DNA of 64,000 nt, taken from the NCBI GenBank assembly GCA_973895155.1, contig CCZZQB010000054.1, forward strand, positions 1 to 64,000. Direction: 5' to 3'. This document shows positions 1-11,841 of the stretch, one piece after another. Position numbers and translations under genes: made by a program. The first letter of the stretch is position 1. Every line of letters starts with the position of its first letter. The notes under the pieces were generated by a model. It was not told the DNA's origin. It was given only the letters and a program-made list of their open reading frames with translations, and ran no database searches. This stretch comes from Marsupella aquatica (taxonomy: Eukaryota > Plantae > Marchantiophyta).

Positions 1-1152
1 TCGGCAATTACCTTGGGAGTAAGATAGAAATCCTTCCCATATATCCTCGTGGAATTGGTCTCGGGTTCCCATGACCCCACGAATTCTAATAGGTCTGACT
101 CCGGTACCTCCGGCTTCAGCCATGGTAATCTTACAAAGGCCTCCAAGCCGGATCCGGCCATGAAGCCTTGGTACTTCTTGGTCTGCATGGCCGTAAAGCA
201 TGCATCCTCCTCCCGTGCAAAATGTAGTTGCACCTCCACCGGTAGGGTTGCCGCCCAGCCCTTCCAGGTGTCATCCCTGGTTGGAATGGCCTTGATGGGA
301 TCGACCTCCTCCTCTTCGGCTTCTCCCTGCCTCCTGCTCTGCTGCTCGGCTGGCCTCTTTGGTGCCGCCGACCTCGTTCTTTTTGCCGGGGTGGCTTCAT
401 CGTTGACGGCCCCCTTCCTCTTCATCTCTGCTGCCGTGGAGGTTTCTCCTAGCACCGTTGCCTGGGTCCACCTTTCCGTGCTACCCTTTAATTCCCAGTG
501 TATGTCATTGCAGTTCTTGATGGCCTCTCGGATGCCGACGACGCTGTCTTTGCAAAACAGAAGATCGTCGAGTTGATTGGAAGTAGGCGTCCACAGGAAC
601 TCGTCCTTGATGAGTTTGCCTCCTAAGAAAGCCGTCTTGTGCAGCTCCCACAATCGAGCGAGCTCCTGCCGTTCTCGAGCTGCCCTTTCTGACTCCTCGT
701 CCTCGTAAGTCTTGATGTACTCAGTTGCCCGTTCGAACAGGCATCCCCAGAAATATGCCGCTTGATTGACGTTGCTCATACCCTCCTTAGGTCGATCGTC
801 GGTATCTACTCTCTCCCCGAGTGCTTGCCTAAGCAGCTGACAGTAGTTGGCCTCCCGTAGTCGTCTGCCTAGTTCGTGCTCGCAAATGAGCCACCATCTC
901 CTGCAAGCGCTCCTTACCCCTCTCCTCCGCCGGTCCTTCTTCCCGTTGATCCTTCCTAGCCGCCGACGCTTAACGCGCCCTAACCCTAATCGGGTTCTCA
1001 CCCTCAGCCTTACCTCCGGCCTCGGCCCGGGTTCCATGGTTGCCCCTAATTGTTTATATTTTCCTTGTTTTGTCCCTATACTAAGGTGTTCCTAGGGTGC
1101 CTTCCTGCTTTACCCACTTAACCGGCCGAGTGATTCCTGTCTAGGCATCACA
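1..1152 (-). mobile_element. Family A Ty3/gypsy LTR, 5' part (young copy, continues left of window)
   Basis: Reverse complement starts TGTGATGCCTAGACAGG at 1152, as do the LTRs at 24450 and 36731; near-identical to 3806-4959. It interrupts an older A LTR (adjacent 5-mer CTTCC; other TSD outside window). Confidence 0.9.
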
Positions 1153-3328
1153 CTTCCAATCAGCTCGACGATCTTCTGTTTTGCGAAGATAGAGTCGTCG
1201 GCATCCGAGAAGCCATCAAACGCTGCAACAACATACACTGGGAGTTGAAGGGTAGCACGGAGGGGTGGACAAAGGCAACCGTGCTAGGAGAAACCTCCAC
1301 GGCAGCCGAAATGAAGAGGAAGGGAGCCGTCAACGATGAAGCCACCCCGGAAAAAAGAATGAGGTCGGCGGCACCAAAGAAGCCAGCCGAGCAGCAGAGC
1401 AGGAGGCAGGGAGAAGCTGAAGAGGAGGACGATCCCATCAATGCCATTCCAACCAGGGATGACACCTGGAAGGGCTGGGCGGCAACCCTACCAGAGGAGG
1501 TGCAACTACATTTTGCACGAGAGGAGGATGCATGCTTTACAGCCATGCAGACCAAGAAGTACCAAGGCTTCATGGCCGGATCCGGCTTAGAGGCCTTTGT
1601 AAGATTACCATGGCTGAAGCCGGAGGTGCCGGATTCAGACCTATTAGAATTCGTGGGGTCATGGGAACCCGAGACCAATTGCACGAGGATATATGGGAAG
1701 GATTTCTATCTTACTCCCAAGGTGATTGCCAAAGTGTTTGGCTTGCCGATGGGCAATAAGACCAAAGTTGATACCAAGAAGACCTTGCCTGACAAGGAGT
1801 TCCGGTCGTTCCCCGGGCCATCAACGAAGAATGGCTTCTTCCGGAACACCTGCACCAACCCGCACATAGGAGAGATGATCGACTTCTTGCGGGTGACCAT
1901 GCATTGTAACTTGCCGAGGGCAGAGATCGGCAAGGCACAGGTCTATCTAGCAGAGAGGCCAGACCCAAGCCGGGACTACAACGGGTACCTCCTCAACCAA
2001 TTGAAGAAGATCTTAAAGGAGGAGCAGCAGGTAATCGGCGTGGGGAGCGTGTCGCGGCTTGGCTATCACATGCCGCTGTTGTGTCGGTATGCCAGAGGTC
2101 AGACCTTTGCCCCAGTACTTCCCCTACAGGTAAGGGCACCCGAGGAAGCTCCAGCACCGAGGCCGGTAGCAGAGAGGCCTCAACCACCTGTTAGCCCTAC
2201 GATTGAGCATGTGTTTAGGCCAAGGAAGGAAGACTTGCCGATGCAGCAACCAAGCATGCAGAATCTGCTGAAGATGCTGGAGAAGGAAAAGATGGCACTG
2301 GCACCAGCTTCGGCAGCGGCACCAATACAGGACACTGCCCCAGAGTTCAACCTAAGCAGACTTAGAAGGGAAAACCCCTTTACCGGAAACAAGGAGAGAA
2401 TCAGGCCAGAATCCAAGCCAGGTGTTTGAATGTACGTGGGAGTCTCAAGCTCTGAATCTGAGGCAGAATTGCCTGAAGCTCCTACCAGCGAAGAGGAGAG
2501 GGAGAAGCCGGAAGTCCAAGAGGTGGAGGAGGAAGTGGAGGACTGCAGCCATGATAACTCCGGCTATGGGTCGGACCATCACGTTCCAGGAGTAAGGACC
2601 TGTGGCCGGTTTGTCCCCACACTTCCAAGGGTAGTTCGAGGGGACCCCAACCAGCAGAGTAGCCCCGAGTCTCCCCCACCAGATGTTGCTCCCCCGAGCT
2701 TTGACGGCATAAAGCAGACGGCACAGGAATTTGAGGAGCGACTTAGGGAAGCAGAGGAGGCAGCCCTGGCTAGGGAAAAGGATTTGCCAGGAGGAGATTG
2801 GTCGGAGGACATCAGGCGGCTAGCCAAAAAAGGAAGCAAACCTCTAGCCACGATTGAAGAGGTCCGCAAGACGGCTTGGGAGCAGAGGCCACGTTGGGCG
2901 ATGCCGATCACTTCTACTTACTCCACCTACGCTAAGAATAGAGCCATGGAGTATGGTGAGATATGTGGGGAACTTGCGCTCGACATCTTTGGGGAGGAGT
3001 TGGAGGTAGGACCCTTTTTCCATAGGGAGCAGTTGGAGAAGCACCAATTAGAAGAAGCGGTGGCTTTAGAGAGAAGCAAGAAGGATGAGGTCATCCAGCG
3101 GCTTAGGAGGATGGAAGCCGAGATTGAAGATCTAAGGGCGGCCATGAAAGCCCAGGATGAACTACGGATTAAGCGGCATGAGCTGAACATCATGCAGGGG
3201 CAGTTGGACACCGCGCAGGCTGATAATCAGACTATCAAGGATAAAATAACTCAGACCCAGGGAGAATTGGCCGACGCAATCAAGGACAGGGAGAAATGGA
3301 AGAAGGAGCTGAGAGACGCAGAGGAGAG
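1153..3328 (+). mobile_element. Older, diverged family A LTR fragment (A')
   Basis: Colinear with 26414-28597 but with many substitutions; truncated at both ends. Confidence 0.85.
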
Positions 3329-3341
3329 GGGAGGGGTGTGA
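1245..3341 (+). pseudogene. A' LTR-encoded ORF (394 aa + 303 aa in one frame, split by TGA where A1 has CGA)
   Basis: ORFs 1245-2429 and 2430-3341 match the 700-aa and 450-aa ORFs of A1, and read through the GPFFHREQ junction that is frameshifted in A1. Confidence 0.8.
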
Positions 3342-3442
3342 GTACAAAAGTAGTCAAGGGGACTACCTCTCTAGAAGTGGAGAGTTGAAACTACTTATGT
3401 ATGGAGTGATTAGACATGTAGGCACATTTCAGAAGTTTTGTC
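3322..3442 (+). mobile_element. ~120-bp fragment of family B LTR joining two oppositely oriented A fragments
   Basis: Reverse complement of ~21443-21565; junction microhomologies AGAGGAG (left) and AAGTTTTGTC (B) vs AAGTCTGACC (A) (right). Confidence 0.8.
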
Positions 3443-4844
3443 CTCTGGCATACCGGCACAACAGCGGCATGTGATAGCCAAGCTGCGACACGCTTCCCAT
3501 GCCGATTACCTGCTGCTCCTCCTTTAAGATCTTCTTCAATTGGTTGAGGAGGTACCTGTTGTAGTCCCGGCTTGGGTCTGGCCTTTCTGCCAGATAGACC
3601 TGTGCTTTGCCGATCTCTGCCCTCGGCAAGTTACAATGCATGGTCACCCGCAAGAAGTCGATCATCTCTCCTATGTGCGGGTTGGTGCAGGTGTTCCGGA
3701 AGAAGCCATTCTTCGTTGATGGCCCGGGGAACGACCGGAACTCCTTGTCAGGCAAGGTCTTCCTGGTATCAACTTTGGTCTTATTGCCTATCGGCAAGCC
3801 AAACACTTCGGCAATTACCTTGGGAGTAAGATAGAAATCCTTCCCATATATCCTCGTGCAATTGGTCTCGGGTTCCCATGACCCCACGAATTCTAATAGG
3901 TCTGACTCCGGTACCTCCGGCTTCAGCCATGGTAATCTTACAAAGGCCTCCAAGCCGGATCCAGCCATGAAGCCTTGGTACTTCTTGGTCTGCATGGCCG
4001 TAAAGCATGCATCCTCCTCCCGTGCAAAATGTAGTTGCACCTCCACCGGTAGGGTTGCCGCCCAGCCCTTCCAGGTGTCATCCCTGGTTGGAATGGCCTT
4101 GATGGGATCGACCTCCTCCTCTTTGGCTTCTCCCTGCCCCTTGCTCTGCTGCTCGGCTGGCTTCTTTGGTGCCGCCGACCTCGTTCTTTTTGCCGGGGTG
4201 GCTTCATCGTTGACGGCCCCCTTCCTCTTCATCTCTGCTGCCGTGGAGGTTTCTCCTAGCACCGTTGCCCGGGTCCACCTTTCCGTGCTACCCTTTAATT
4301 CCCAGTGTATGTCGTTGCAGTTCTTGATGGCCTCTCGGATGCCGACGACGCTGTCTTTGCAAAACAGAAGATCGTCGAGTTGATTGGAAGTAGGCGTCCA
4401 CAGGAACTCGTCCTTGATGAGTTCGCCTCCTAAGAAAGCCGTCTTCTGCAGCTCCCACAATCGAGCGAGCTCCTGCCGTTCTCGAGCTGCCCTTTCTGAC
4501 TCCTCGTCCTCGTAAGTCTTGATGTACTCAGTTGCCCGTTCGAACAGGCATCCCCAGAAATGTGCCGCTTGATTGACGTTGCTCATACCCTCCTTAGGTC
4601 GATCGTCGGTATCTACTCTCTCCCCGAGTGCTTGCCTAAGCAGCTGACAGTAGTTGGCCTCCCGTAGTCGTCTGCCTAGTTCGTGCTCGCAAATGAGCCA
4701 CCATCTCCTGCAAGCGCTCCTTACCCCTCTCCTCTGCCGGTCCTTCTTCCCGTTGATCCTTCCTAGCCGCCGACGCTTAACGCGCCCTAACCCTAATCGG
4801 GTTTTCACCCTCAGCCTTACCTCCGGCCTCGGCCCGGGTTCCAT
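3429..4844 (-). CDS. N-terminal 471 aa of the family A LTR ORF (PMD-like region), truncated
   Basis: ORF track; MEPG...RQALGERVDTDDRPKEGMSNVNQ is continuous here (no frameshift). Confidence 0.7.
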   Translation of the reverse strand: MEPGPRPEVRLRVKTRLGLGRVKRRRLGRINGKKDRQRRGVRSACRRWWLICEHELGRRLREANYCQLLRQALGERVDTDDRPKEGMSNVNQAAHFWGCLFERATEYIKTYEDEESERAARERQELARLWELQKTAFLGGELIKDEFLWTPTSNQLDDLLFCKDSVVGIREAIKNCNDIHWELKGSTERWTRATVLGETSTAAEMKRKGAVNDEATPAKRTRSAAPKKPAEQQSKGQGEAKEEEVDPIKAIPTRDDTWKGWAATLPVEVQLHFAREEDACFTAMQTKKYQGFMAGSGLEAFVRLPWLKPEVPESDLLEFVGSWEPETNCTRIYGKDFYLTPKVIAEVFGLPIGNKTKVDTRKTLPDKEFRSFPGPSTKNGFFRNTCTNPHIGEMIDFLRVTMHCNLPRAEIGKAQVYLAERPDPSRDYNRYLLNQLKKILKEEQQVIGMGSVSQLGYHMPLLCRYARGQNF

Positions 4845-4959
4845 GGTTGCCCCTAATTGTTTATATTTTCCTGGTTTTGTCCCTATACTAAGGTGTTCCT
4901 AGGGTGCCTTCCTGCTTTACCCACTTAACCGGCCGAGTGATTCCTGTCTAGGCATCACA
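3443..4959 (-). mobile_element. Family A LTR, 5' ~1.5 kb, inserted in the integrase of element B
   Basis: LTR start TGTGATGCC at 4959 directly follows B integrase codons LYDSR; flanking 5-mer CCGAC (4960-4964). Confidence 0.9.
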
Positions 4960-4964
4960 CCGAC

Positions 4965-5757
4965 TATCATAGAGTAATACCAACTGTCTAGCAAGTAAAG
5001 AAGTAGGCTTCTTCAACTTCTTGTCATGATGTTTCTTTACTTGAGCTTGCTTCTTCTTCAATTGCTGGCTTGCCTCTTCCCTGATTTCCTCCAACTCCTC
5101 CAGCTGGTAAGCTCTCTCCATCAAACTCTGGTCAGCCTCCATTCTCTCCTCCACACTCACCCTCAAAGTAGGCACTTTAAACTCAACAGGTACAAGTGAG
5201 TGTTGTCCAAATACTAGGTAGAAATGACTATGGCCGGTTGTGGTCTTGAAAGCAAGGTTGTAGGAGTACACAGCTGAGTATAATTTGTCATCCCAATCAG
5301 TCTTGTGTGCCGCCACGGTTTTGTTCAAGATCTTGCCAATAATCCCATTAGCTCTCTCAGTCAATCCATTTGCCTTGGGGTGATAGGGAGTGGTCTTCCG
5401 ATGCTTAATCAAGTACTGAGTAGTGAGCTCCTCCACCACCTCATTCAAGAAGTGAGTCCCCCTATGACTAACCAATTCAAGAGGTGGCCCAAATCTGGTA
5501 AAAATCTGCTGATACATAAACCTTGCTACTATGAGAGCATTGTCCTTGCTTGTTGGTCTTGCCTCTACCCACTTAGTAGCATAATCAGTTGCAAGAAGGA
5601 TGTATCGATTCCTTCTAGACCTGGTCACAGGAGTGATGGGACCTATGAAATCTATACCCCATTTCTCAAAAGGTGCAAGAGGTAAAATGGTGGTAAGAGG
5701 GTGATGCCTAGAGTGAGCTGGTTTACCTGTCCTTTGGCAAGGGTCACATCCCCTCAC
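4965..5757 (-). pseudogene. pol: Element B integrase core (truncated by A insertion)
   Basis: PFEKWGIDFIGP, ELVSHRGTHF, TTPYHPKANGLTERAN; frameshift in the HHCC finger near 5850. Confidence 0.9.
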
Positions 5758-5765
5758 AAAAAGAC

Positions 5766-6900
5766 TTACATCCTTATGAAGTGTTGGCCACCAATACCCT
5801 GCATCAAGGATCTTCCTTGTTGTTGTTGCACTTGCATAATGGCCACCAGCTCCTCCTCATGCATAGCCCTCATCACAATGGAGATTTCCTTCTGCTCCAA
5901 ACACCTCCTTAGTCTCCCATCAACTCCTTCCTTGTGAAGGACACCCTTCACCAATAAGTAGGGTCTGACTTTCCGCAGGAAAACAGCAGCCTCCTCTTGA
6001 TGCAAATCTCTTGGTAGTCGGGTTGTGAGAAGAAGTTGGATGATATCCAAGTACCATGTATCCCCTCCACTTCCCACATGAAAGAGGTCTTCATCTGGAA
6101 ACTGATCATCCACCTCCTTCAAGTCTTCTTCTCCTTCAATCCTTGAGAAGAAGTCTGCATTCCCATGCTTCTTACCAGGCCTGACCCGCACCTCATAATC
6201 AAACTCTTGGAGCAACAAGATCCACCTTGCCACTCTACCAGTTACATCAGGTTTATTCACCATATACTTGAGAGCATTGTGATCAGTATGGAAGACCACC
6301 TTGTAGCCCAACAAGTAGTGCCTAAACTTCTTACAAGAGTAGATGATGCCTAGAGCTTCTCTATCGGTTGGTGAGTAATTCTTTTCAGCAGGTGCTAAAA
6401 GTCTACTTGCAAAATAGATAGGGTGATCCTTATTCTGGTCATCAAGTTGACTGAGCACCACACCAATACAAAAACCAGACACATCCACATACACATGGAA
6501 TTCTCTACTCCAATCAGGTGCTATCAAGATAGGAGCTTCAATCAACCTGTTCTTCAACTCCTGGAAACTTGCTAGCCTCTCAACTGAGGGTTCGACCTCA
6601 GCCCCCTTCTTAAGCATGCTGGTTAGGGGTAAAGCTACTTTAGCAAAGTCCTTAATGAACCTTCTATAGTAGTTTAAACATCCCAAGAATCCCCTTAACT
6701 CTGTTACTGAAGTTGGAAACTGGACAGCCATCCAAACAGCCACCTTTTCTTGATCCACTTCGATGCCTTTCTTGGATACCTTGTGACCAGGTAGTATCCC
6801 TTCTTCCACACCAAAGAAGCACTTCCCTGGGTGAAGCTTCAAACCAACTTCCCTACATCTTTGGAAGGTCATCCTCAAATGTTCAACATGGTCCTTCCTC
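5766..6900 (-). pseudogene. pol: Element B RT C-terminus and RNase H
   Basis: LKLHPGKCFF, FHVYVDVSGFCIG, SPTDREALGIIY, VFHTDH, ARWILLLQEFD; rejoins 17324 in frame (FAIFG/RRKDHVEHL) once copia D is removed. Confidence 0.9.
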
Positions 6901-6905
6901 CTTCC

Positions 6906-7102
6906 TGTTGTAAACCCTAGTTTACCCCTTAACCATAGGGCGAGAACCCTTAACCATAGTATGAGAACTCCTAACCATAGGACCAGTATAAGGGCATTTG
7001 CCTACCATGTAACCAAGGGGATATATATATCCCCTCATCAATAGTAATGGATCTATCTTGTTGGAGTATCTTTGAGTGTTCCTTTAGTTGTCTATTACAA
7101 CA
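6906..7102 (+). repeat. Copia D 5' LTR
   Basis: TGTTGTAAACC...TTACAACA, repeated at 17122; contains three AACCATAG repeats and the palindrome GGGGATATATATATCCCC. Confidence 0.95.
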
Positions 7103-7116
7103 CGTTATCAGCACGA
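7103..7116 (+). promoter_or_regulatory. Copia D primer-binding site, half-tRNA-iMet type (CGTTATCAGCACGA)
   Basis: Directly abuts the LTR; lacks the TGG start of a tRNA 3'-end PBS; resembles the Bianca-lineage PBS as I recall it. Confidence 0.65.
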
Positions 7117-7466
7117 GCCAGTCTCTAAAATCATTTTTTTTTCAAGCAGATGCAATCGAGTTTTACACGAGGAGAATGCTCGTAAAGTGGCATTTTTTTT
7201 TAGAAACTGCCATAACCGTTTTTTTTTTCTTGGTCTCCATTCTTTTGCCTCAGAGTTGAATTTTTTTTACAAAACACGAAATTTTTCACATAGAGCATCA
7301 ATTCGGGACCAGCATATCGAGAGTCCAAAGGACTAATACTTTATTGGCATGATTGAAAGCTCCCTCAGCTCCATATACAAGCTTCCAACCGGTCAATTGT
7401 ACAATCGAGATACTTCACTCGATTCAATCTTCACCAAAGTTCTTAAATCAACTGACATCCCGAATA

Positions 7467-10008
7467 ATGAATACAGTCGAAAAATTATTATGGCCAGCAC
7501 TTAAAGTCGACGGATCCAACTATTTGACGTGGATCACAGATGTCGAAACTTACTTTACATCACAAGACCTTGAAGACACCTTAGATACCGACATCGATGT
7601 CACGCTCAAACAAAAGGCTAAGGCAGCGTTTCTACTCAGGCAACATCTAACCCCTCAACTAAAGAATGAGTATATGAACGAAATTAATCCAAGAAAACTA
7701 TGGGATCTCCTCAAAGCCCGATTTGATCATATGAGGGAGATATGGCTCCCAGAGGCAAGAAGGGATTGGCATAACCTGCGCGTCATGGACCACACCACAA
7801 TTGCCAATTACAATAGCGCACTGTGCAGAATTACATCTCAATTAGAAATGTGTGGACATCCAATAAATGACATAGATAGAATCGATAAGACACTATCGAC
7901 ATTCCCTGAATCTAATATCACATTAGGTACACAATATAGGAACATGCGTTTCACTAAGTACTCAGATCTGATTGCTCACTTACTTGTGGAAGAGAAGCAA
8001 CAGATCGTGGCCTTGCAAAACGCCAGAAAGCGCCCAGCAGGATCAGACCCCCCACCACATCGACCTGAAACCCACTACACCAATTATGAAGACAAACAAC
8101 GAGGAAATTACCGGGGCGGACGAACTCAATTCAGAGGCGGAAGAAACCAATTCAGGGGCGGGAGAAATCAATTCAGAGGACAAGGCAAACCTTATAACCG
8201 ACCCTCCGGATCCAATAACACGTGGCGCAGAGGCACCATGAATAATAGAGGAAGAGGACGAAGCAACCAATACGACACTGCAAACAATTCCCAGAAAATG
8301 TGTTACCGATGTGGCAAAATTGGCCACATTAGAAACGCATGTGCAGCCACAGAACAAGAGGCCCACAGATACATAAACGACAGAAATAAGTCCAGACAAA
8401 ACCCCCAAGGACATTATATGGAGATAGAAGAAGAATTGATTGCCTCTCAGAGAGAAGAAACACAAGAACAGATAGAAGTACATACCTCTCTTACTGACTG
8501 GAAATACCCGACATTAGACGACCCTGATACGGGCATCATCGACAGCGGAACCTCACATACTATCTTAAAACACAGCAAGTATTTCGAGGCCATCACCCCA
8601 TCATCCCGCGCTATCACCACCATAGCAGGACTTAATCATATAGAAGAAGGCAAAGGACGAGCCACATTTATACTACCAGGAGGAACTAAAATCACCGTGA
8701 AGTCAGCAATTTATGCCCCGAAAGCAACCCGAAACCTCATCAGCTTCCAGGATATCAGATCCAATAACCTCCAACTGCGCACGAATACACAGGGCAAAAC
8801 AGAGACATTACAGATCATACAAGACATACAGGGTAAGCCATCCATTAAAGAAACATTTGCATTGATCCCCCCAGGCCTATACGCAACCAGTATCCAAACA
8901 TTCCATATACACCAAGAATCAGAGGATATGACATACATCTGGCACTGTCGACTGGGCCACCCGGGTACCACTATGTACAACAGGATTATAAGGGACTCCA
9001 AAGGAATCCCCAAGACAGTCAAGCCAAAGGTAAAAACAGCCTGCATAGCGTGCTCACAAGGAAAAATGACCATACGACCATCAATACCAAAAACAATATT
9101 TTCAATACCACAGTTCCTAGAGCAGATCAATGCAGATATCTGCGGACCTATAGACCCCCCGAGCGGCCCTTTCAAATATTTCCTGGTAATCATCGACTCA
9201 TCAACTAAATGGCTGCAGATTTCATTGCTATCTACCCGCAACTTGGCATTTGCGCGGATCTTAGCACATATTCTTAAATTAAGAGCACAGTTCCCAGAGT
9301 ATCCTACAAGAAGATTAAGAGTAGATGGAGCTGGCGAGTTCACATCAAGAACATTCGACGACTTTTGCTGGGCAGCGGGCATCGATACTCAATATCCAGT
9401 TCCCCACGTTCATTTTCAGAACGGTATAGCTGAGTCGGTTATTAAGAGACTTCAAATGGTGGCAAGACCACTGTTAATGAAGTCAAACTTACCCACATCA
9501 GCATGGGGACATGCCATCCTTCACGCAGCTGCACTAATCCAATATAGACCGTCAGCATATAACTCTAAGACACCATACCACCTGGCGTTCGGCATACCAC
9601 CGGACCTGTCCCACCTACGCGTTTTCGGATGCCAGGTAATGGTGCCTATCTTAGGACCAAAGAGAACAAAACTCGGACCCCAACGGAATGCAGGTATCTA
9701 TGTTGGGTTTGACTCTACTTCGATCATTAGATACCTTGAACCGACTACGGCAGACCTGTTCAAGGCAAGACATCAGGACTGCCATTTTTATGAAGATCAA
9801 TTCCCACAGCTCACGAATACAGCATCAACACAATCCAAGGACACAACGAAAATGCCCATAAATTGGAAAGCAGACCAAAACAGAAATGACCCCAGAACCA
9901 AGCAGGCAGACGAAGAAGTCAGAAGACTTCTCCACCTACATGAAATGCTCGAAAAGATTCCAGACTCATTTAACAACGCTGCAAATGTCACAAGATCCCA
10001 CAACTTAG
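7467..10008 (+). CDS. gag-pol: Copia D gag-pol, 5' part (gag, CCHC knuckle, protease, GAG-pre-integrase, integrase)
   Basis: CYRCGKIGHIRNAC, IIDSGTSH, IWHCRLGHPG, INADICGP, RVDGAGEF, QNGIAES, KLGPQRNAGIYVG; in frame with 14546 after removing E. Confidence 0.95.
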
Positions 10009-10430
10009 TGTTGGGGTATTTACTCTTACGTCTAGGTTAGGTATGACGTGGTTGGTACAACAACGTGGGTTGGTACAACTACGTGGTTAGGTACAACTAC
10101 GTGATTAGGTACAACTATGTGGTTAGGTACAACTACGTAATTAGGTACAACTATGTGGTTAGGTACAACTAAGTTGCACACTATATCATAAGAGGCATGT
10201 GTGCTTGGAGAGGTAGAACCAAGGCTCATTGTTATGGAGCCACTTGAGAGATAGGGAGAGCTTACACTGTGGAGACTCGGTATAGCCGACGGGCTTAGAG
10301 TTCAGTAAAGCTCTCTTGTGTGTTCCCGTGGACGTAGCCTCAAGGAGGTGAACCACGTATCTCTTGTGTCGACTATTGTGCGTTGGATGGTTCATGGGCT
10401 TGCCGTTGCGATCGTCGTCTATGCTCAACA
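10009..10430 (+). repeat. Copia E 5' LTR
   Basis: TGTTGG...CTCAACA; repeated at 14120-14540. Confidence 0.95.
10047..10171 (+). repeat. 7 x ~18-bp tandem repeat (YGTGGTTAGGTACAACTA) in E LTR U3
   Basis: Direct reading; also present at ~14157-14281. Confidence 0.9.
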
Positions 10431-10432
10431 AT

Positions 10433-10444
10433 TGGTATCAGAGC
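10433..10444 (+). promoter_or_regulatory. Copia E PBS (tRNA-iMet, TGGTATCAGAGC)
   Basis: Canonical plant iMet PBS 2 nt after the LTR. Confidence 0.95.
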
Positions 10445-11136
10445 ATGCTTGGGAGGTGACGTGTGTTCGTGACGGGATTTCATGACGGTTTTTCCAGCGT
10501 TGAGTGTTGGTGGATTTTCCAGAGTTCCATCGCATGGAACTTGGAGTTTATGGGCTCAACGGATAGATCAGGGCAAGAGCTTTCTAACGGTGTGAAGAAA
10601 TCGTTGAACGGAGCTCGTGGTGCAGAGAGATCTAAGTTTTCGTCGTTCTGGATTTTGTGAAGAAAGTTGGCAATCGACTCGGAGGGAGAAGCGTCAAGTG
10701 TTTTGACTCAACGGAGAGATTGAGGCAAGACGATTGTTTTTGAGTCCGGGATTGGCTCTTTGATGCAAAGAGGAAGGCTAAGCAAAATCAATTACCTTGT
10801 TGGACTTGGTGACGGCACCAAGTGCAATTGATCAACATTCGTTGTTGACAAGTGAGGTCGTAGCCATTGAAGTTGGCAATGCAGCACACCAATCACATCG
10901 CAATTCCGACAACGGGTTGTACTTGGTATTTCGGTTATTCCCTGAGGTGGTCAAAACGGGGGAGTTTCCCAAGGTTTTACCCACCTCGACCGAAATTTGA
11001 ATAACTTTTCCGTCAAATTTCGATTTTGATTTTGGTTTTCAGTATTGGACTCCTAGCTTTGTGGGCTACGCGGCGGTGTTGAGTTTCGAGTTTTTTGAGA
11101 AGTTGTGAAAAACAACATTTTTTGTGACTTTCTCAT

Positions 11137-11613
11137 ATGAGTGATTCGGAGGAGTTTTTCGAAGACGTGGAACTTGAAGCACGAGGATCACCACGGAGGT
11201 TTCAGGGGCAGAGAGAGGAGCAGGAGGAAGAGCACGTGACACCGATACCATCACCGGTGCGGCGTGTGGTGGAGGAAGCAGTACTACTACCGGAGCTCAC
11301 GGTAAAGAAGAAGATGGGGACTTTCAAGCTTGGGGGACCCAAGTATGAAGTGACAAAGTATGATGGGCGCTCTGACTACTTGCTATGGGAGAAGCAGGTG
11401 AAGGGAGTGCTTTATGCGTCAGGGATGGGCCAACTGCTGAGCCCTCGTGAAGACGATGTTGATGAGAAACAATGGGACCGCATGCAGGAGCAGGGAGTGT
11501 GGTGTGTTACACTCTATCTCATGCCTCCCATCATCAAGCAGTTAGGTGCACATAAGGATTGCATGTCCTTGTTTGCGGAATTGCAGAGCAAGTATCACCG
11601 CAAGGAGTTGTAG
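11137..11613 (+). pseudogene. gag: Copia E gag N-terminus, truncated
   Basis: KYDGRSDYLLWEKQVKGVL copia gag N-terminal motif; ends at the junction with an internal LTR fragment. Confidence 0.85.
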
Positions 11614-11841
11614 AACCAAGGCTCATTGTTATGGAGCCACTTGAGAGATAGGGAGAGCTTACACTGTGGAGACTCGGTATAGCCGACGGGCTTAGAGTTC
11701 AGTAAAGCTCTCTTGTGTGTTCCCGTGGACGTAGCCTCAAGGAGGTGAACCACGTATCTCTTGTGTCGACTATTGTGCGTTGGATGGTTCATGGGCTTGC
11801 CGTTGCGATCGTCGTCTATGCTCAACAATTGGTATCAGAGC
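11610..11841 (+). repeat. Internal third LTR fragment (218 bp, 3' half of E LTR) plus second PBS
   Basis: 11610-11827 matches 10213-10430; followed by ATTGGTATCAGAGC. Confidence 0.95.

Noticed and set aside
49-576. Recurrent 175-aa, 89-aa, 82-aa and 75-aa ORFs (five to six copies each)
   Set aside because: Antisense or alternate-frame shadows of the family A LTR ORF; they recur only because the LTR recurs.
10032-10229. ORF with (V)VPNH repeats (also 14142-14339)
   Set aside because: Translation artefact of the 18-bp LTR tandem repeat.
11715-11841. N-terminal extensions MCSRGRSLKEV.. of the 737-aa and 729-aa ORFs
   Set aside because: LTR sequence of E read in frame by chance; the real coding sequence starts at 11842 and 14546.
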